From Fidelibacterota bacterium (lineage in GTDB: Bacteria; Fidelibacterota; Marinisomatia; Marinisomatales; TCS55): 55,342 bases of DNA. The DNA lies in the NCBI GenBank assembly GCA_027251445.1, contig JAPNQO010000025.1, positions 1-55,342 on the forward strand, read 5' to 3'. How positions within the stretch are numbered: position 1 is the first letter of the stretch; each line of letters starts with the position of its first letter. Positions 28,003-38,236 of this stretch are shown one piece after another. The notes under the pieces are model-generated. The model ran no database searches. It saw only the letters and a list, made by a program, of their open reading frames with translations, and was not told the origin of the DNA. The position numbers and the translations under genes are program-made.

Positions 28003-30258
28003 CTACGGCTGGAAGACTGGCCAAAATCGAAACGTATTATTTGGTTTAATATTGTCTCCGGAAAGAATAATATTATTTAATTCGGATAATCGAGAGAAAT
28101 CTTCTCCATTAGATCGGATCCATTCAATAAAACTATCAGCACCCCACTTACCTGTACGATGAATATAAACAATATGACTTCCTGAAGGTGACCATTGTCC
28201 GTGGTATGCTACATGGCCTCTTGGAAAATCTGTTAAGCGAAGCTTTTGTGAACCATCAATATTCATAGTCCAAAGATTATAATCATTTTGAAATAACACT
28301 TTATTCCCATTCGGACTTAGTCTTGGACGGTCATCTCCATCCAATGTGCAGAAAGATAAAAACTTATCCTTTGATCCATTTATATTAATAGACCAAATTT
28401 CCAGCTTTTCATTTTGAGTCTGCGAATACATAACATATAAAATTGTTGAATCGATAAATGAAGCTCCTATAGGAAAAATAATATCCGCTGGATCATTAAA
28501 TGAAGTTATTCTATTATAATTTGTTCCGTCAGGCCTAACGCTAAATAAGTTTTTATTACCAAACCGATCTCTTGCTGTATAAATAACTAATGAGCCATCT
28601 GTTGAAAAAACTGGGTTTCTTGAATCTGTTTCATAAGATAGTCTAATTGGAGAAGCGTTACTATCAAGTGGAATACTAAATATAGCAGTATTATGCCCAA
28701 TATTTTTTACAAATACTAACGTATCTCCTTGCGGGTTCATATCAAACCATAAATCTGTATGAATTGAAGATATAACTGAAATATCTCCGCTATCTATATT
28801 CATCATTACTAATTTTGGATCTCCCAGATTATTATCAGTAAAAAATAAAACATCACCATCAGGGCTAAAATGCATTGGATATCCTAATCTTGAAGATGGA
28901 TTACCATTCGTTTTGTTAAAAACATCATAATATTTTTTTGCCATATCAAATTTGAGAGAATTTGTGGAATCAAAAGGATTGGTAGCTAATGATTCAATCC
29001 AGATTACTGGTGGATCAGTAAAGTTTTTATCAATTATTTTTTGCCCTTGGGTGGGATTATCCATTATATAAAAATTCTTATCTTGAAGAATTAATTGCAT
29101 AATTGAACCACTTAACTTTTCTTGATAATACATTTCTTCACGATAATTCATATCCAAACTAAATATATCTAATTGATCACTTAATCCATGCCTATCACCA
29201 AAAAATAATATTTTTGTAATTGCATCTCCACTAATTGAATCAGAAGATTCAAATCCCCAATAGTCTTGAGTTACAAGTGTATAAATTCTGTGAGTGCCCC
29301 ATGGAATATTTTTTTCTACATACACTGTATCATTTGGGTTGCTACTAGACCATAATTCTTTTATTCCGCTAGTATCATTAGAAGATCTTCCATAGAGTAT
29401 ATAATTAGCAAAATCCTTTTCTGTATTTTTTGACCACATTAAATGAAAAGCTTGTTTATCATGATTAATATATAAAAATCGTGATGGCAATGGTGGAGAA
29501 TCCAGTACTTTTGTTAATTGTCCAGAAGCAGAAAATCCAAATGTATCTACAACTGTTATCCAATACCATCTTGGGCTTGAAGGGTCAAAACTATCAAGTA
29601 TAACCCGTGGAGTATCAATAGCTGTTATACTAATAATGTTTATAATATCACCATTCAATGAATCAACCGCAGATAATTCATAATGGCTAAAATCATTTAT
29701 AGGTGTAGACTGCCAATCAAATTGTATATAAGATGAATCATATTCTATGTTTGTTATTTCCACAGGCTTTGGATAACCACGTGACTGATCAAAGTATACT
29801 AAAACACTATCGCTATTTGCTTTATTTCCAATAGTGTCATATGCTGAAACATAAATTATATGTTGATTTGTATCAGCGAATTGAGTTGTGTTTAAAGTAA
29901 AATTATAAAACCCTGCGGTAACCTGTTTTTTAATTAAAAATGAGTCAAGGTGTAATATTACTGAATCTATACCTCCATCATCTATTGCTAATCCAGCAAT
30001 AGGATGAAGCTTCGTTAACGTATCCCCATCACTTGGATATGTTAACCAAATAAATGGCGGTATAGAGTCCAGCATTTTAGGTGGTTCATAAATTGTAGTA
30101 TCAATCATATAACCAGATATCCAATGATCAGGGATAAACGGGACTCTATCAAATACTTTTGGTAATCTTGGAATAGTTGGTAAGGAAGGTAAGCGGACTG
30201 CACAGCCAGGTATTAAGAATAAAATTAGAAGAAATATAGTCAAAAACTTATATTTCAT
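28003..30258 (-). CDS. Lipoprotein with Ig-like/FN3 domains and C-terminal TolB-like (PD40) beta-propeller
   Basis: Lipobox LIPGC; DSIPP...YPSDG...AIDDGGIDSV...SAYDTIGN (Ig-like); repeated FSPDG, FSTDG, LSPNG and WSPSG propeller motifs. Confidence 0.8.
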   Translation of the reverse strand: MKYKFLTIFLLILFLIPGCAVRLPSLPTIPRLPKVFDRVPFIPDHWISGYMIDTTIYEPPKMLDSIPPFIWLTYPSDGDTLTKLHPIAGLAIDDGGIDSVILHLDSFLIKKQVTAGFYNFTLNTTQFADTNQHIIYVSAYDTIGNKANSDSVLVYFDQSRGYPKPVEITNIEYDSSYIQFDWQSTPINDFSHYELSAVDSLNGDIINIISITAIDTPRVILDSFDPSSPRWYWITVVDTFGFSASGQLTKVLDSPPLPSRFLYINHDKQAFHLMWSKNTEKDFANYILYGRSSNDTSGIKELWSSSNPNDTVYVEKNIPWGTHRIYTLVTQDYWGFESSDSISGDAITKILFFGDRHGLSDQLDIFSLDMNYREEMYYQEKLSGSIMQLILQDKNFYIMDNPTQGQKIIDKNFTDPPVIWIESLATNPFDSTNSLKFDMAKKYYDVFNKTNGNPSSRLGYPMHFSPDGDVLFFTDNNLGDPKLVMMNIDSGDISVISSIHTDLWFDMNPQGDTLVFVKNIGHNTAIFSIPLDSNASPIRLSYETDSRNPVFSTDGSLVIYTARDRFGNKNLFSVRPDGTNYNRITSFNDPADIIFPIGASFIDSTILYVMYSQTQNEKLEIWSININGSKDKFLSFCTLDGDDRPRLSPNGNKVLFQNDYNLWTMNIDGSQKLRLTDFPRGHVAYHGQWSPSGSHIVYIHRTGKWGADSFIEWIRSNGEDFSRLSELNNIILSGDNIKPNNTFRFWPVFQP

Positions 30259-30501
30259 TATTTGAAAAAAATTATTTTAGATTGAAAAACAGACAATCCA
30301 GCATAATAAGATAAAAGACTAGCGTATAAATTTTGATAAAATGTCATTTAGTAATGGTATGTAGAATACCCATAGAATACAGGTAAAATGACTAAATAAA
30401 AAAGCATAAAATTATTTGTTTGGATGTAAAAGTAGAAAAAATCAATTTCAGCCAACTTTAAAGAAGTATAAAATAAATATCATTATTGTGAATAGTTATT
30501 T

Positions 30502-31317
30502 ATGAAAAATATTTTCAAAATTAATGGGGTGGAATTTGGCGGGAAACAGCTACCAATTATAGCTGGTCCTTGTGTTATTGAGAGCAGAGATCATATCTTA
30601 TATATGGCTGAAAAAATTAAGGCTATTACTGATAAAAATAAATTACCATTAATTTTTAAATCATCTTTTGATAAGGGTAATCGTTCATCTCATTCCTCTT
30701 TTCGAGGGCCTGGGATTGATTCTGGTCTTAGAATTTTAGAAGATGTGAAAGAAGCATTTAATATTCCTGTCACAACAGATATACATAATGCATCACAAGC
30801 AAAACTTGTATCTGAAATTATTGATATTATACAAATCCCTGCTTTCCTTTGTAGGCAAAGCGATATTATCAATGCTGCTGTAAAAACTGGAAAGATAATA
30901 AATGTTAAAAAAGGACAGTTTATGGCACCATGGGATGCAAATAACATAGTTGAAAAAGTAGCTGATGGTAATGGAGAAAAATTATTACTTACTGAAAGAG
31001 GGTCTTCCTTCGGTTATAATAGCTTAGTCTCAGATATGACTTCAATTCCAATTATGCAGGGTTTTGGTGTCCCAGTAATATTTGATGCTACACATAGCGT
31101 TCAACGTCCTGGTGGCCTTGGTAAAACTACTGGAGGAGCAAGAGAATTTATTCCCACTTTAGCAAAATGTGCTGTGGCGGCAGGTTGTAATGGTATATTC
31201 ATGGAGGTACATGATAATCCAGATAATGCAAAATCAGATGCTGCTAGTCAATGGCCATTAAACAAACTTGATACTGTTTTAAATAGCTTAAAAGACATTA
31301 AAGAAGTAATAAACTAG
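30502..31317 (+). CDS. kdsA: 3-deoxy-8-phosphooctulonate (KDO8P) synthase
   Basis: IAGPCVIE, FKSSFDKGNRSS, QIPAFLCRQ, NVKKGQF, ERG, DATHSVQ, EVH and KSD motifs. Confidence 0.97.
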   Translation: MKNIFKINGVEFGGKQLPIIAGPCVIESRDHILYMAEKIKAITDKNKLPLIFKSSFDKGNRSSHSSFRGPGIDSGLRILEDVKEAFNIPVTTDIHNASQAKLVSEIIDIIQIPAFLCRQSDIINAAVKTGKIINVKKGQFMAPWDANNIVEKVADGNGEKLLLTERGSSFGYNSLVSDMTSIPIMQGFGVPVIFDATHSVQRPGGLGKTTGGAREFIPTLAKCAVAAGCNGIFMEVHDNPDNAKSDAASQWPLNKLDTVLNSLKDIKEVIN

Positions 31318-31326
31318 ATATATTGA

Positions 31327-31348
31327 AAATGTGATCTAGATCAAATCT
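31327..31348. promoter_or_regulatory. CRP/FNR-family binding site
   Basis: AAATGTGATCTAGATCAAATCT matches the CRP consensus AAATGTGATCTAGATCACATTT at 20/22 positions; intergenic. Confidence 0.6.
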
Positions 31349-31496
31349 ATTTTTAAAATATTGCCTTTTCGGTATAATGATAATATTTTTGCTTTTACAT
31401 TGATAAACAAACCTCGTAATTGGAGTAAATAATTAAAGAATTATTTAAAATTATTTGCATAAGAAAGGGAACAACAACCATAATCAAGGAGGGAAT

Positions 31497-31982
31497 ATGA
31501 GTAATTTCATATCTCGTTTTTTCGTTGTATGCCTCTTGTTAAGTATTGTTACAGAAGTTAGTGCTCAACAAGCACCTGACCGTAATATTGACAAATCAAA
31601 ACAAGAAGTAAAAAAAGGACAAGACGGTAAATCAAAGAGTGCCTCTAACAAAGGATCTAGCAGACTTCAAAATGATGATACTGCAGCAGGCGCTACAAGC
31701 AGTGGTGTTAAAAATAAACCTAGTGGACCAGGAGCAAAAGCTGCCCCAGGTGGTGGAAACAGCGCTAGGATTGGTAACGTAACTACTGCTCAAAAAAGTG
31801 GTAAAAAATCTAGAAAAGGTTTTCTTGGAAGACTTTTAGGTAGATCTAATAAATCATCTAAAGCTTCAGGCTCTTCCTCACCAGGGAGACAACCAGGTCA
31901 ACCTTCAGCTGGAGAACCAAAAGGTGATAAAGATGGGAAAAAAACAGCACCAGGTGAAACCGATCCTAGAGATAGGCCATAA
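31497..31982 (+). CDS. Secreted, basic, low-complexity (K/S/G/P-rich) hypothetical protein
   Basis: ATG 31497 preceded by AAGGAGG SD (preferred to track start 31455); signal peptide MSNFISRFFVVCLLLSIVTEVSA|QQ; followed by a terminator. Confidence 0.75.
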   Translation: MSNFISRFFVVCLLLSIVTEVSAQQAPDRNIDKSKQEVKKGQDGKSKSASNKGSSRLQNDDTAAGATSSGVKNKPSGPGAKAAPGGGNSARIGNVTTAQKSGKKSRKGFLGRLLGRSNKSSKASGSSSPGRQPGQPSAGEPKGDKDGKKTAPGETDPRDRP

Positions 31983-32012
31983 TCTGATTTAATTTTTTTC
32001 TAATCGATTATT

Positions 32013-32050
32013 AAAAAAACAGGGTAATGAATAATTACCCTGTTTTTTTT
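32013..32050 (+). terminator. Intrinsic terminator (A/T-tailed, potentially bidirectional)
   Basis: AAAAAAACAGGGTAAT-GAATA-ATTACCCTGTTTTTTTT. Confidence 0.9.
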
Positions 32051-32090
32051 TATATTCAATTTCTATATTAATACACTCTAATACTGAAAA

Positions 32091-32807
32091 ATGAAAAAAA
32101 TATTTACATATCTTTATATTGTTTTCTGTTCCATAGGATTATCTTCTGAAGTAACGAATCAAGTTAGCGCATCGTATTATAATTATGGTGGTAATTATAA
32201 TTATGCTTATTATGATGTGTCTTGGTTTTATTCAATTATTGGTGATATCAATAAAGGATCTATAAATCTACCAGATACTGAATTTTCAATTTATTTAAGT
32301 AATAGTAAGTCAACCTATGAAGGGTATTTATATACAAATGATGCAAATCTGGTTCTAAAAACAGATCTGTACGCAAATCAAAAATTTTCTCCTTTTTTAA
32401 TTTTTCAATGGACCTTTGACTCAACAACTGCTTTAGATTATCGTATTAACCCTGGGATAGGTGGTAAAGTTCGTCTTGGCAAAGGTTTTTCCATTAGCTA
32501 CGCTGGGCTATGGGAAATAGAAAAATATACAGGCTATGAAGAAAATTCATTTTTCAGACATTCATTCAGGCCAAAACAAAAATTTTACCCTAGGGAAGGA
32601 ATTAAAATTGAAGAACAATTTTTCTATAAACCCACATATAAATTTGATTCTTATTTAATTGAAAATGTCTTCTCAATATTTATAGATACTGTTATCCCGG
32701 GTGTTTCATTAAGTATTCAACATAATTATAATTTAAATAGCAACCCTCCCGCTGGTTATAAGAAAAAAGATACTTATGTTGCTTTTGGTTTCTCTTTACA
32801 ATTATAG
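32091..32807 (+). CDS. Putative outer-membrane beta-barrel (DUF481-like)
   Basis: Signal peptide; aromatic-rich beta strands; LDYRINPGIG, RHSFRPK and YNLNSNPPAGYKKKDT motifs; C-terminal FGFSLQL. Confidence 0.6.
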   Translation: MKKIFTYLYIVFCSIGLSSEVTNQVSASYYNYGGNYNYAYYDVSWFYSIIGDINKGSINLPDTEFSIYLSNSKSTYEGYLYTNDANLVLKTDLYANQKFSPFLIFQWTFDSTTALDYRINPGIGGKVRLGKGFSISYAGLWEIEKYTGYEENSFFRHSFRPKQKFYPREGIKIEEQFFYKPTYKFDSYLIENVFSIFIDTVIPGVSLSIQHNYNLNSNPPAGYKKKDTYVAFGFSLQL

Positions 32808-32844
32808 TAAATAATTTATTCAAATAACATCTGAGGAGGATGCT

Positions 32845-35643
32845 ATGACGTTTGTTTCACAGAAATCAGTTCTTATTTACATAATAATTTTATCATTCTG
32901 TAATGCTCAATCTTATCAAAATGAATCTGCTCATGGACTAGGTGATTATAATGTCCCTTTTTTCAAATCAGGAACATATCGTCCTAATGTGCAGCCGCCA
33001 GATGAATTTTTAGGATTTACTTTTGGTTCACGCCCTGTACATCATTACGAAGTTATTGATTACTTTAATTATTTAGATAATCTATTAGACAATATTAATC
33101 TGACGGAGTATGGGTACACGTATGAAGGGAAACCCCTAGTATACCTTATGATTTCCAGTAAAAAAAATATGGCTAATATTGATAATATTAAAAAATCTAT
33201 ATCATTATTAGCTGATCCAAGAAAAATAAAGGACGCTAAATCAGCTCAAAATATTATTAAAAATACACCTGCCATTGCGTGGATGGCGTATTCTATTCAT
33301 GGAGATGAACTATCTAGTACTGATGCTGCAGTACAGCTGGCGTATCAATTAGCAGCGGGGACTGATCAAGCAACTAAAAAACTTCTTAAAGAGCTCGTAA
33401 TCAGTATTGATCCAACGGAAAATCCTGATGGCCGCGAACGATATCTTCAGCAATTACTACAATGGCGAGGTGAAGTTGTAAACTCAGATGCAAATAGCTT
33501 AGATCATTCTGGCTTTTGGCCCTATGGGAGAGGTAATCATTATTTATTTGACCTTAATCGCGATTGGTTTGCAACTGTACACCCAGAAACAAAAGGAAGA
33601 GTATCTGCAATTTTAGATTGGAATCCTCAGTTTCTTGTTGATTCACATGAAATGGGATCTATGGATACATATTTGTTTAATCCACCTAGAGCTCCATATA
33701 ATCCATACATGCCAAAAACAATATTCAAATGGTGGGATAAAATTGCTAAAGACCAAGCTGCAGCATTTGATGCATACGGATGGAGTTATTATACCGGGGA
33801 CTGGAATGAAGAAGTATATCCAGGCTATGGTAGCTCATGGGGAATTTATATTGGTTTGGTAGGCATTCTATATGAGCAATCTGGCGCAGATGGATCTATA
33901 GTAAAAAAAGAAGATGGTACAATAACAACATATAGAGAAACAGTGCATCATCAATTTATTAGCTCTATGGCAAATCTTCAAACTATTGCCAATCAAAAAG
34001 AAGAATTACTTAGCGATTATTATAAAAATAGAAAAAAGGCGGTCTCAACAAAAAACGCAGGAAAGGCATTTATTTATTCTTCTGAGTTAAATAAGACTCG
34101 ATTAAATGAACTTGCTGAAACTATAAAACGTCAAAAAATTGAAGTCTATTCAAATAAAAACGATATCAAATTGCCTAAAGTAATTAACAGTAGTGGAAAA
34201 ACCATAACAAGGAAAAATATACCTGCTGGATCATTAATTATTCCTTTAGATCAACCTTTGAATATTCTAATACAAAATATTTTATCATTTGATATCCGTT
34301 TAGATACAAAAAGTATGGAAAAAGAAAGAAAGAAACTTTTGAAAGGTCAAGGTTCAACCTTATATGATGTGACAGCGTGGTCTCTTTCTCATGCTTATGG
34401 AACTGAAAGTTATTATACTGAAGTCATGCCAAAAATATCCTTAGAGCCTTTTCAAGCTGTTTATAAAAAAGGACAGCTTAAGGGGAAAAATCCAAAATAT
34501 GGATGGGCAATAAAAAGCGATGATGATCAATTTTACCATTTGCTTGGAAGACTATTAGAAAATAGTGTTAAAGTTTGGTGCGCAAAGGAAGCTTTTAATA
34601 TTGAAGGAGAATTTTTCCCAAGTGGAAGTATAGTTATTAGAAATAACTCAAATAAAACTATGAAAATAAGTTTTATTAAGGAACTAGCTTCAGAATATGG
34701 AATAAATATTTTTGCAATAAATACAGCGCTTGCTACAGACGGACCAGATTTAGGAAGTAGTAATTTTACTATGTTAATTGAACCTAGGATTGCAATAATA
34801 TCTGGACCACCAACTAGTACTTATAGTTTTGGAGCTACATGGCACTTAATAGATTATAAAATGAAGAGCAGAGCCTCATTAATTAATGCAATGAATTTTG
34901 CTTGGCAAGATCTTAGTAAATATAATGTACTTATTCTTCCTAATGGCGGTAGGATGAAAAAGACACTTGGAGATAATGGTATTAATAAATTGAAAGATTG
35001 GATCGATGATGGTGGAACATTAATCAGCTATAGTAATAGTGCAGCATTTTTATCTGATTCATCAGTAAGCATTAGTTCTGTTAGACTTAGGCGACAGTCT
35101 TTAAATAAATTGGACACCTATGCCTATGATTTATCTATTTTGAAAGAGGCAGAAAACTTATCTATTGATAGTATTGCGCTTTGGGAAGGGGGAAATATTT
35201 ATGATTCACAAGAAATAATAGAAAATGATAAAAATATTGAAAAAATTAAAGAAATGGATTTATTAGGAAGAAAATTTCGTCCTCAAGGTGCTATTTTAAA
35301 AGTAAACATGGATAAAGAGCACTGGCTTTCAGTTGGTTGTAGGGATTTTATACCAGTTTTATATAATACTGGAAATGTTTTTATGGCAAAAAAACCTGTT
35401 AATGTTGCAGCAAGATTAGCAGATAAAAAAGATATTAGATTAGGTGGATTATTATGGCCAGAAGCAAAATCACGCATCGCTGAATCTGCGTGGGCTACAC
35501 AAGAACGTCGTGGAAAAGGGCAAATAATTTTATTTGCTACTGAACCCCATTTCCGCGGATATTTTAAAGCAAGTGAACGGGTGCTTTTGAATGCAATTTA
35601 TCTTGGCCCTGGTATGGGAACGAGTCATTCAGTAAGCTGGTAA
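32845..35643 (+). CDS. Secreted M14 zinc carboxypeptidase with C-terminal class I glutamine-amidotransferase-like domain
   Basis: HGDE, NPDGRER, GRGNHY.FDLNRD and DSHE motifs; YNVLILP...LKDWIDDGGTLI; SD GAGGAGG; signal peptide (CNA|Q). Confidence 0.88.
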   Translation: MTFVSQKSVLIYIIILSFCNAQSYQNESAHGLGDYNVPFFKSGTYRPNVQPPDEFLGFTFGSRPVHHYEVIDYFNYLDNLLDNINLTEYGYTYEGKPLVYLMISSKKNMANIDNIKKSISLLADPRKIKDAKSAQNIIKNTPAIAWMAYSIHGDELSSTDAAVQLAYQLAAGTDQATKKLLKELVISIDPTENPDGRERYLQQLLQWRGEVVNSDANSLDHSGFWPYGRGNHYLFDLNRDWFATVHPETKGRVSAILDWNPQFLVDSHEMGSMDTYLFNPPRAPYNPYMPKTIFKWWDKIAKDQAAAFDAYGWSYYTGDWNEEVYPGYGSSWGIYIGLVGILYEQSGADGSIVKKEDGTITTYRETVHHQFISSMANLQTIANQKEELLSDYYKNRKKAVSTKNAGKAFIYSSELNKTRLNELAETIKRQKIEVYSNKNDIKLPKVINSSGKTITRKNIPAGSLIIPLDQPLNILIQNILSFDIRLDTKSMEKERKKLLKGQGSTLYDVTAWSLSHAYGTESYYTEVMPKISLEPFQAVYKKGQLKGKNPKYGWAIKSDDDQFYHLLGRLLENSVKVWCAKEAFNIEGEFFPSGSIVIRNNSNKTMKISFIKELASEYGINIFAINTALATDGPDLGSSNFTMLIEPRIAIISGPPTSTYSFGATWHLIDYKMKSRASLINAMNFAWQDLSKYNVLILPNGGRMKKTLGDNGINKLKDWIDDGGTLISYSNSAAFLSDSSVSISSVRLRRQSLNKLDTYAYDLSILKEAENLSIDSIALWEGGNIYDSQEIIENDKNIEKIKEMDLLGRKFRPQGAILKVNMDKEHWLSVGCRDFIPVLYNTGNVFMAKKPVNVAARLADKKDIRLGGLLWPEAKSRIAESAWATQERRGKGQIILFATEPHFRGYFKASERVLLNAIYLGPGMGTSHSVSW

Positions 35644-35686
35644 ATTAATTGCCTTAAAAAAATAAATATATAAATAATTATTACTA

Positions 35687-36307
35687 GTGGAATTTGAAAA
35701 TTTAATTTTCCATCTTAAACAAAGAATGAATAACGCTCTCCCTGGGGAAGATTCTCATAAAAAGATGAAAGTTAATTTTAGTAATAATACAAAATTACCT
35801 TTTTCAAAAAATAAAGCTAAGCCTGCAGCTGTTCTTATTCTTTTATACCCTAATAATGATAAAACATATTTTTACTTAACAAAAAGAGCAGATACTGTAA
35901 AATATCATAAAGGGCAAATTTCTCTACCAGGTGGCTCAAAAGAAAACAACGAAACCTTATTAGATACAGCCCTAAGAGAAACGCAGGAAGAAATTGGGAT
36001 AGATAAAAATGAAATTTCAATACTTGGTAAAATAACCCCTCTATTTATACCGGTTACAGGCTTTATGATTACTCCATTTGTTAGTTATATATCAAAAAAA
36101 CCTAAAACAATATTGGATGAAATTGAAGTTGCTGAATTGCTTTCCATTAATATTCGAGATTTATTAAATAATGATATATTAATTATGGATCGAGACATAA
36201 ATGGATCTAGTGTAAGTATCCCATATTTTAGTTTAAATAATCATCAGGTTTGGGGTGCAACATCAATGGTATTATCTGAATTAAAAGATATAATCCAATT
36301 GGTTTAA
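35687..36307 (+). CDS. Nudix CoA pyrophosphatase (NudL-like)
   Basis: AAVL, LTKR, HKGQISLPGG...TALRETQEEIG Nudix box and VWGAT; GTG start. Confidence 0.92.
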   Translation: MEFENLIFHLKQRMNNALPGEDSHKKMKVNFSNNTKLPFSKNKAKPAAVLILLYPNNDKTYFYLTKRADTVKYHKGQISLPGGSKENNETLLDTALRETQEEIGIDKNEISILGKITPLFIPVTGFMITPFVSYISKKPKTILDEIEVAELLSINIRDLLNNDILIMDRDINGSSVSIPYFSLNNHQVWGATSMVLSELKDIIQLV

Positions 36308-36315
36308 TAATTATT

Positions 36316-37197
36316 ATGAATCGTATAGGCATAGATTTAGGAGGAACAAAAATTGAAGGTATTTTATTATCCGATACTAATAAAGTTATAGAGCGTAAAC
36401 GCATACAAACCAAACAAGAAGAAGGTTATAACTCTATTATCAATAGAATAGTAAAATTAATTACTAATATTAGATCAAGATCAGATAAAGAATGCCAAAT
36501 AGGTATTTGTACACCTGGCGCTCTAGATTTAGAAACAGGGATTTTAAAAAATAGTAATACTACTTGTCTTATAGGTAAATCAATCAAAGTAGATATTGAA
36601 AATAAATTAGGGTGTTCTATAGCCATAGATAATGATGCAAATTGTTTCGCAATGGCTGAGGCATTATTAGGCGCAGGTAAGAATTATGATATAATTTTTG
36701 GTGTAATAATGGGAACAGGCGTTGGTGGAGGATTAGTATTAAATCGTAAAATACATCATGGCAGATTATTTATTGCTGGAGAATGGGGGCACCAAGTTTT
36801 ATATCCAAATGGTAGAGACTGTTATTGTGGTAAAAAAGGGTGCGTAGAAACATATTTAAGTGGACCAGCTTTAGAAAAAGATTGGCAAAAAATTTCAAAT
36901 GAATATTTACCACTAGAAAAAATTATTGAATCATTTGAGAATAGATCAAATAACTTTTATGATAAATGGAAAAATAAATTTCTTGTGAACTTTGGAATTG
37001 CTCTTTCTAACGTTATTAATATTATTGACCCGGATATTGTGATATTAGGAGGTGGTCTTTCAAATATAGATTTTCTGTATGATAAAGGTATATCTTTGAT
37101 TCGAAAAAATATTTTTAGTAATAAAAAAGATACTCCGATTCTTCCTAATAAATTAGGTGATTCAGCTGGAGTGTTCGGAGCAGCATTACTTAATTAA
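36316..37197 (+). CDS. ROK-family sugar kinase (Mak/fructokinase-like)
   Basis: GIDLGGTK, NDANCFA, GTGVGGG, GEWGH, CYCG..GC.E and GVFGAA. Confidence 0.92.
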   Translation: MNRIGIDLGGTKIEGILLSDTNKVIERKRIQTKQEEGYNSIINRIVKLITNIRSRSDKECQIGICTPGALDLETGILKNSNTTCLIGKSIKVDIENKLGCSIAIDNDANCFAMAEALLGAGKNYDIIFGVIMGTGVGGGLVLNRKIHHGRLFIAGEWGHQVLYPNGRDCYCGKKGCVETYLSGPALEKDWQKISNEYLPLEKIIESFENRSNNFYDKWKNKFLVNFGIALSNVINIIDPDIVILGGGLSNIDFLYDKGISLIRKNIFSNKKDTPILPNKLGDSAGVFGAALLN

Positions 37198-38049
37198 TTA
37201 CTTTTTTGAACGTGTACGCATTTTCTTCATTGTTTTCCATAGCGCCTTAGGCAGTTTATCTAAATCATTAAATTGACCAGCGCCTTTCAACCATTCACCA
37301 CCATCTATAGTTACTACTTCACCATTTATATATCCTGATTGTTCACTTATTAGATATGTAGCAAGATTTGCTAATTCTATATGTTCTCCAAATCGCTTCA
37401 AAGGAATTCTATTTTTTAATTTCTTTTTAATATTAAATCCAGGGGGTGCTAATCTTTTCCAGGCTCCTTCAGTTATAAATGGTCCAGGAGCGATTGCATT
37501 TGTTCTAATATTATATTTTGCCCACTCGACAGCTAATGATCTTGTCATTGCTAAAACTCCTGCCTTAGCAGAAGCTGAAGGGACCACATATCCAGATCCA
37601 GTCCAAGCATACGTAGTAACGATATTTAAAATATTTCCGCTTTTTTGTTTAATCATTTCTTTACCAACTGCAAGTGTACAATTAAATGTTCCAGTGAGAA
37701 CAATATCTACAACTGCTTTGAATCCACCCGGAGATAGCATCTCAGTTGGTGATATAAAATTACCTGCTGCATTATTTATTAAAATATCAATTTTACCAAA
37801 CTTATTTAATGAATTTTTTATCATATTATCTACTTGATCCATATCTCGGACATCACATTGTAAACCAAGACACTCTTTACTAGTTTTTCTAATTTGAGAA
37901 GTTGTATCTGCAATAACATCTTTTCTTCTGCTTGCTATAACTAGACTAGCTCCAAGTTCTGCAAAACGTATCGCCATAGATTTCCCTAAACCACTTCCAC
38001 CTCCAGTAACTAAAATAACTTTATTTTTTAAAATATTTTTTTCAAACAT
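37198..38049 (-). CDS. SDR oxidoreductase, 2,4-dienoyl-CoA reductase-like
   Basis: TGGGSGLG, NNAAGNF, SASAKAG (no catalytic Tyr, as in DECR-type SDRs), IAPGP and IDGG. Confidence 0.88.
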   Translation of the reverse strand: MFEKNILKNKVILVTGGGSGLGKSMAIRFAELGASLVIASRRKDVIADTTSQIRKTSKECLGLQCDVRDMDQVDNMIKNSLNKFGKIDILINNAAGNFISPTEMLSPGGFKAVVDIVLTGTFNCTLAVGKEMIKQKSGNILNIVTTYAWTGSGYVVPSASAKAGVLAMTRSLAVEWAKYNIRTNAIAPGPFITEGAWKRLAPPGFNIKKKLKNRIPLKRFGEHIELANLATYLISEQSGYINGEVVTIDGGEWLKGAGQFNDLDKLPKALWKTMKKMRTRSKK

Positions 38050-38236
38050 AAAACACTCGATAAAGAAATAATTTTCCTTCTATTTATTTATAATTGCTTT
38101 TATCTCTTTGATATTATAATTGAATAATACTGTGAATATTTTTTCAAAGTTCAAATAATTTGCTATATTGGTATAAATGATTAATTATTCATCTATTCAA
38201 TATCCTATTTTATATAAAAAATAAAGAAAAACTATA

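Noticed and set aside
27874..28080. 68-aa plus-strand ORF spanning the intergenic hairpin
   Set aside because: No SD or recognisable motif, and it overlaps the 3' end of the lipoprotein gene. The inverted repeats and promoter geometry explain the region better as RNA or regulatory sequence.
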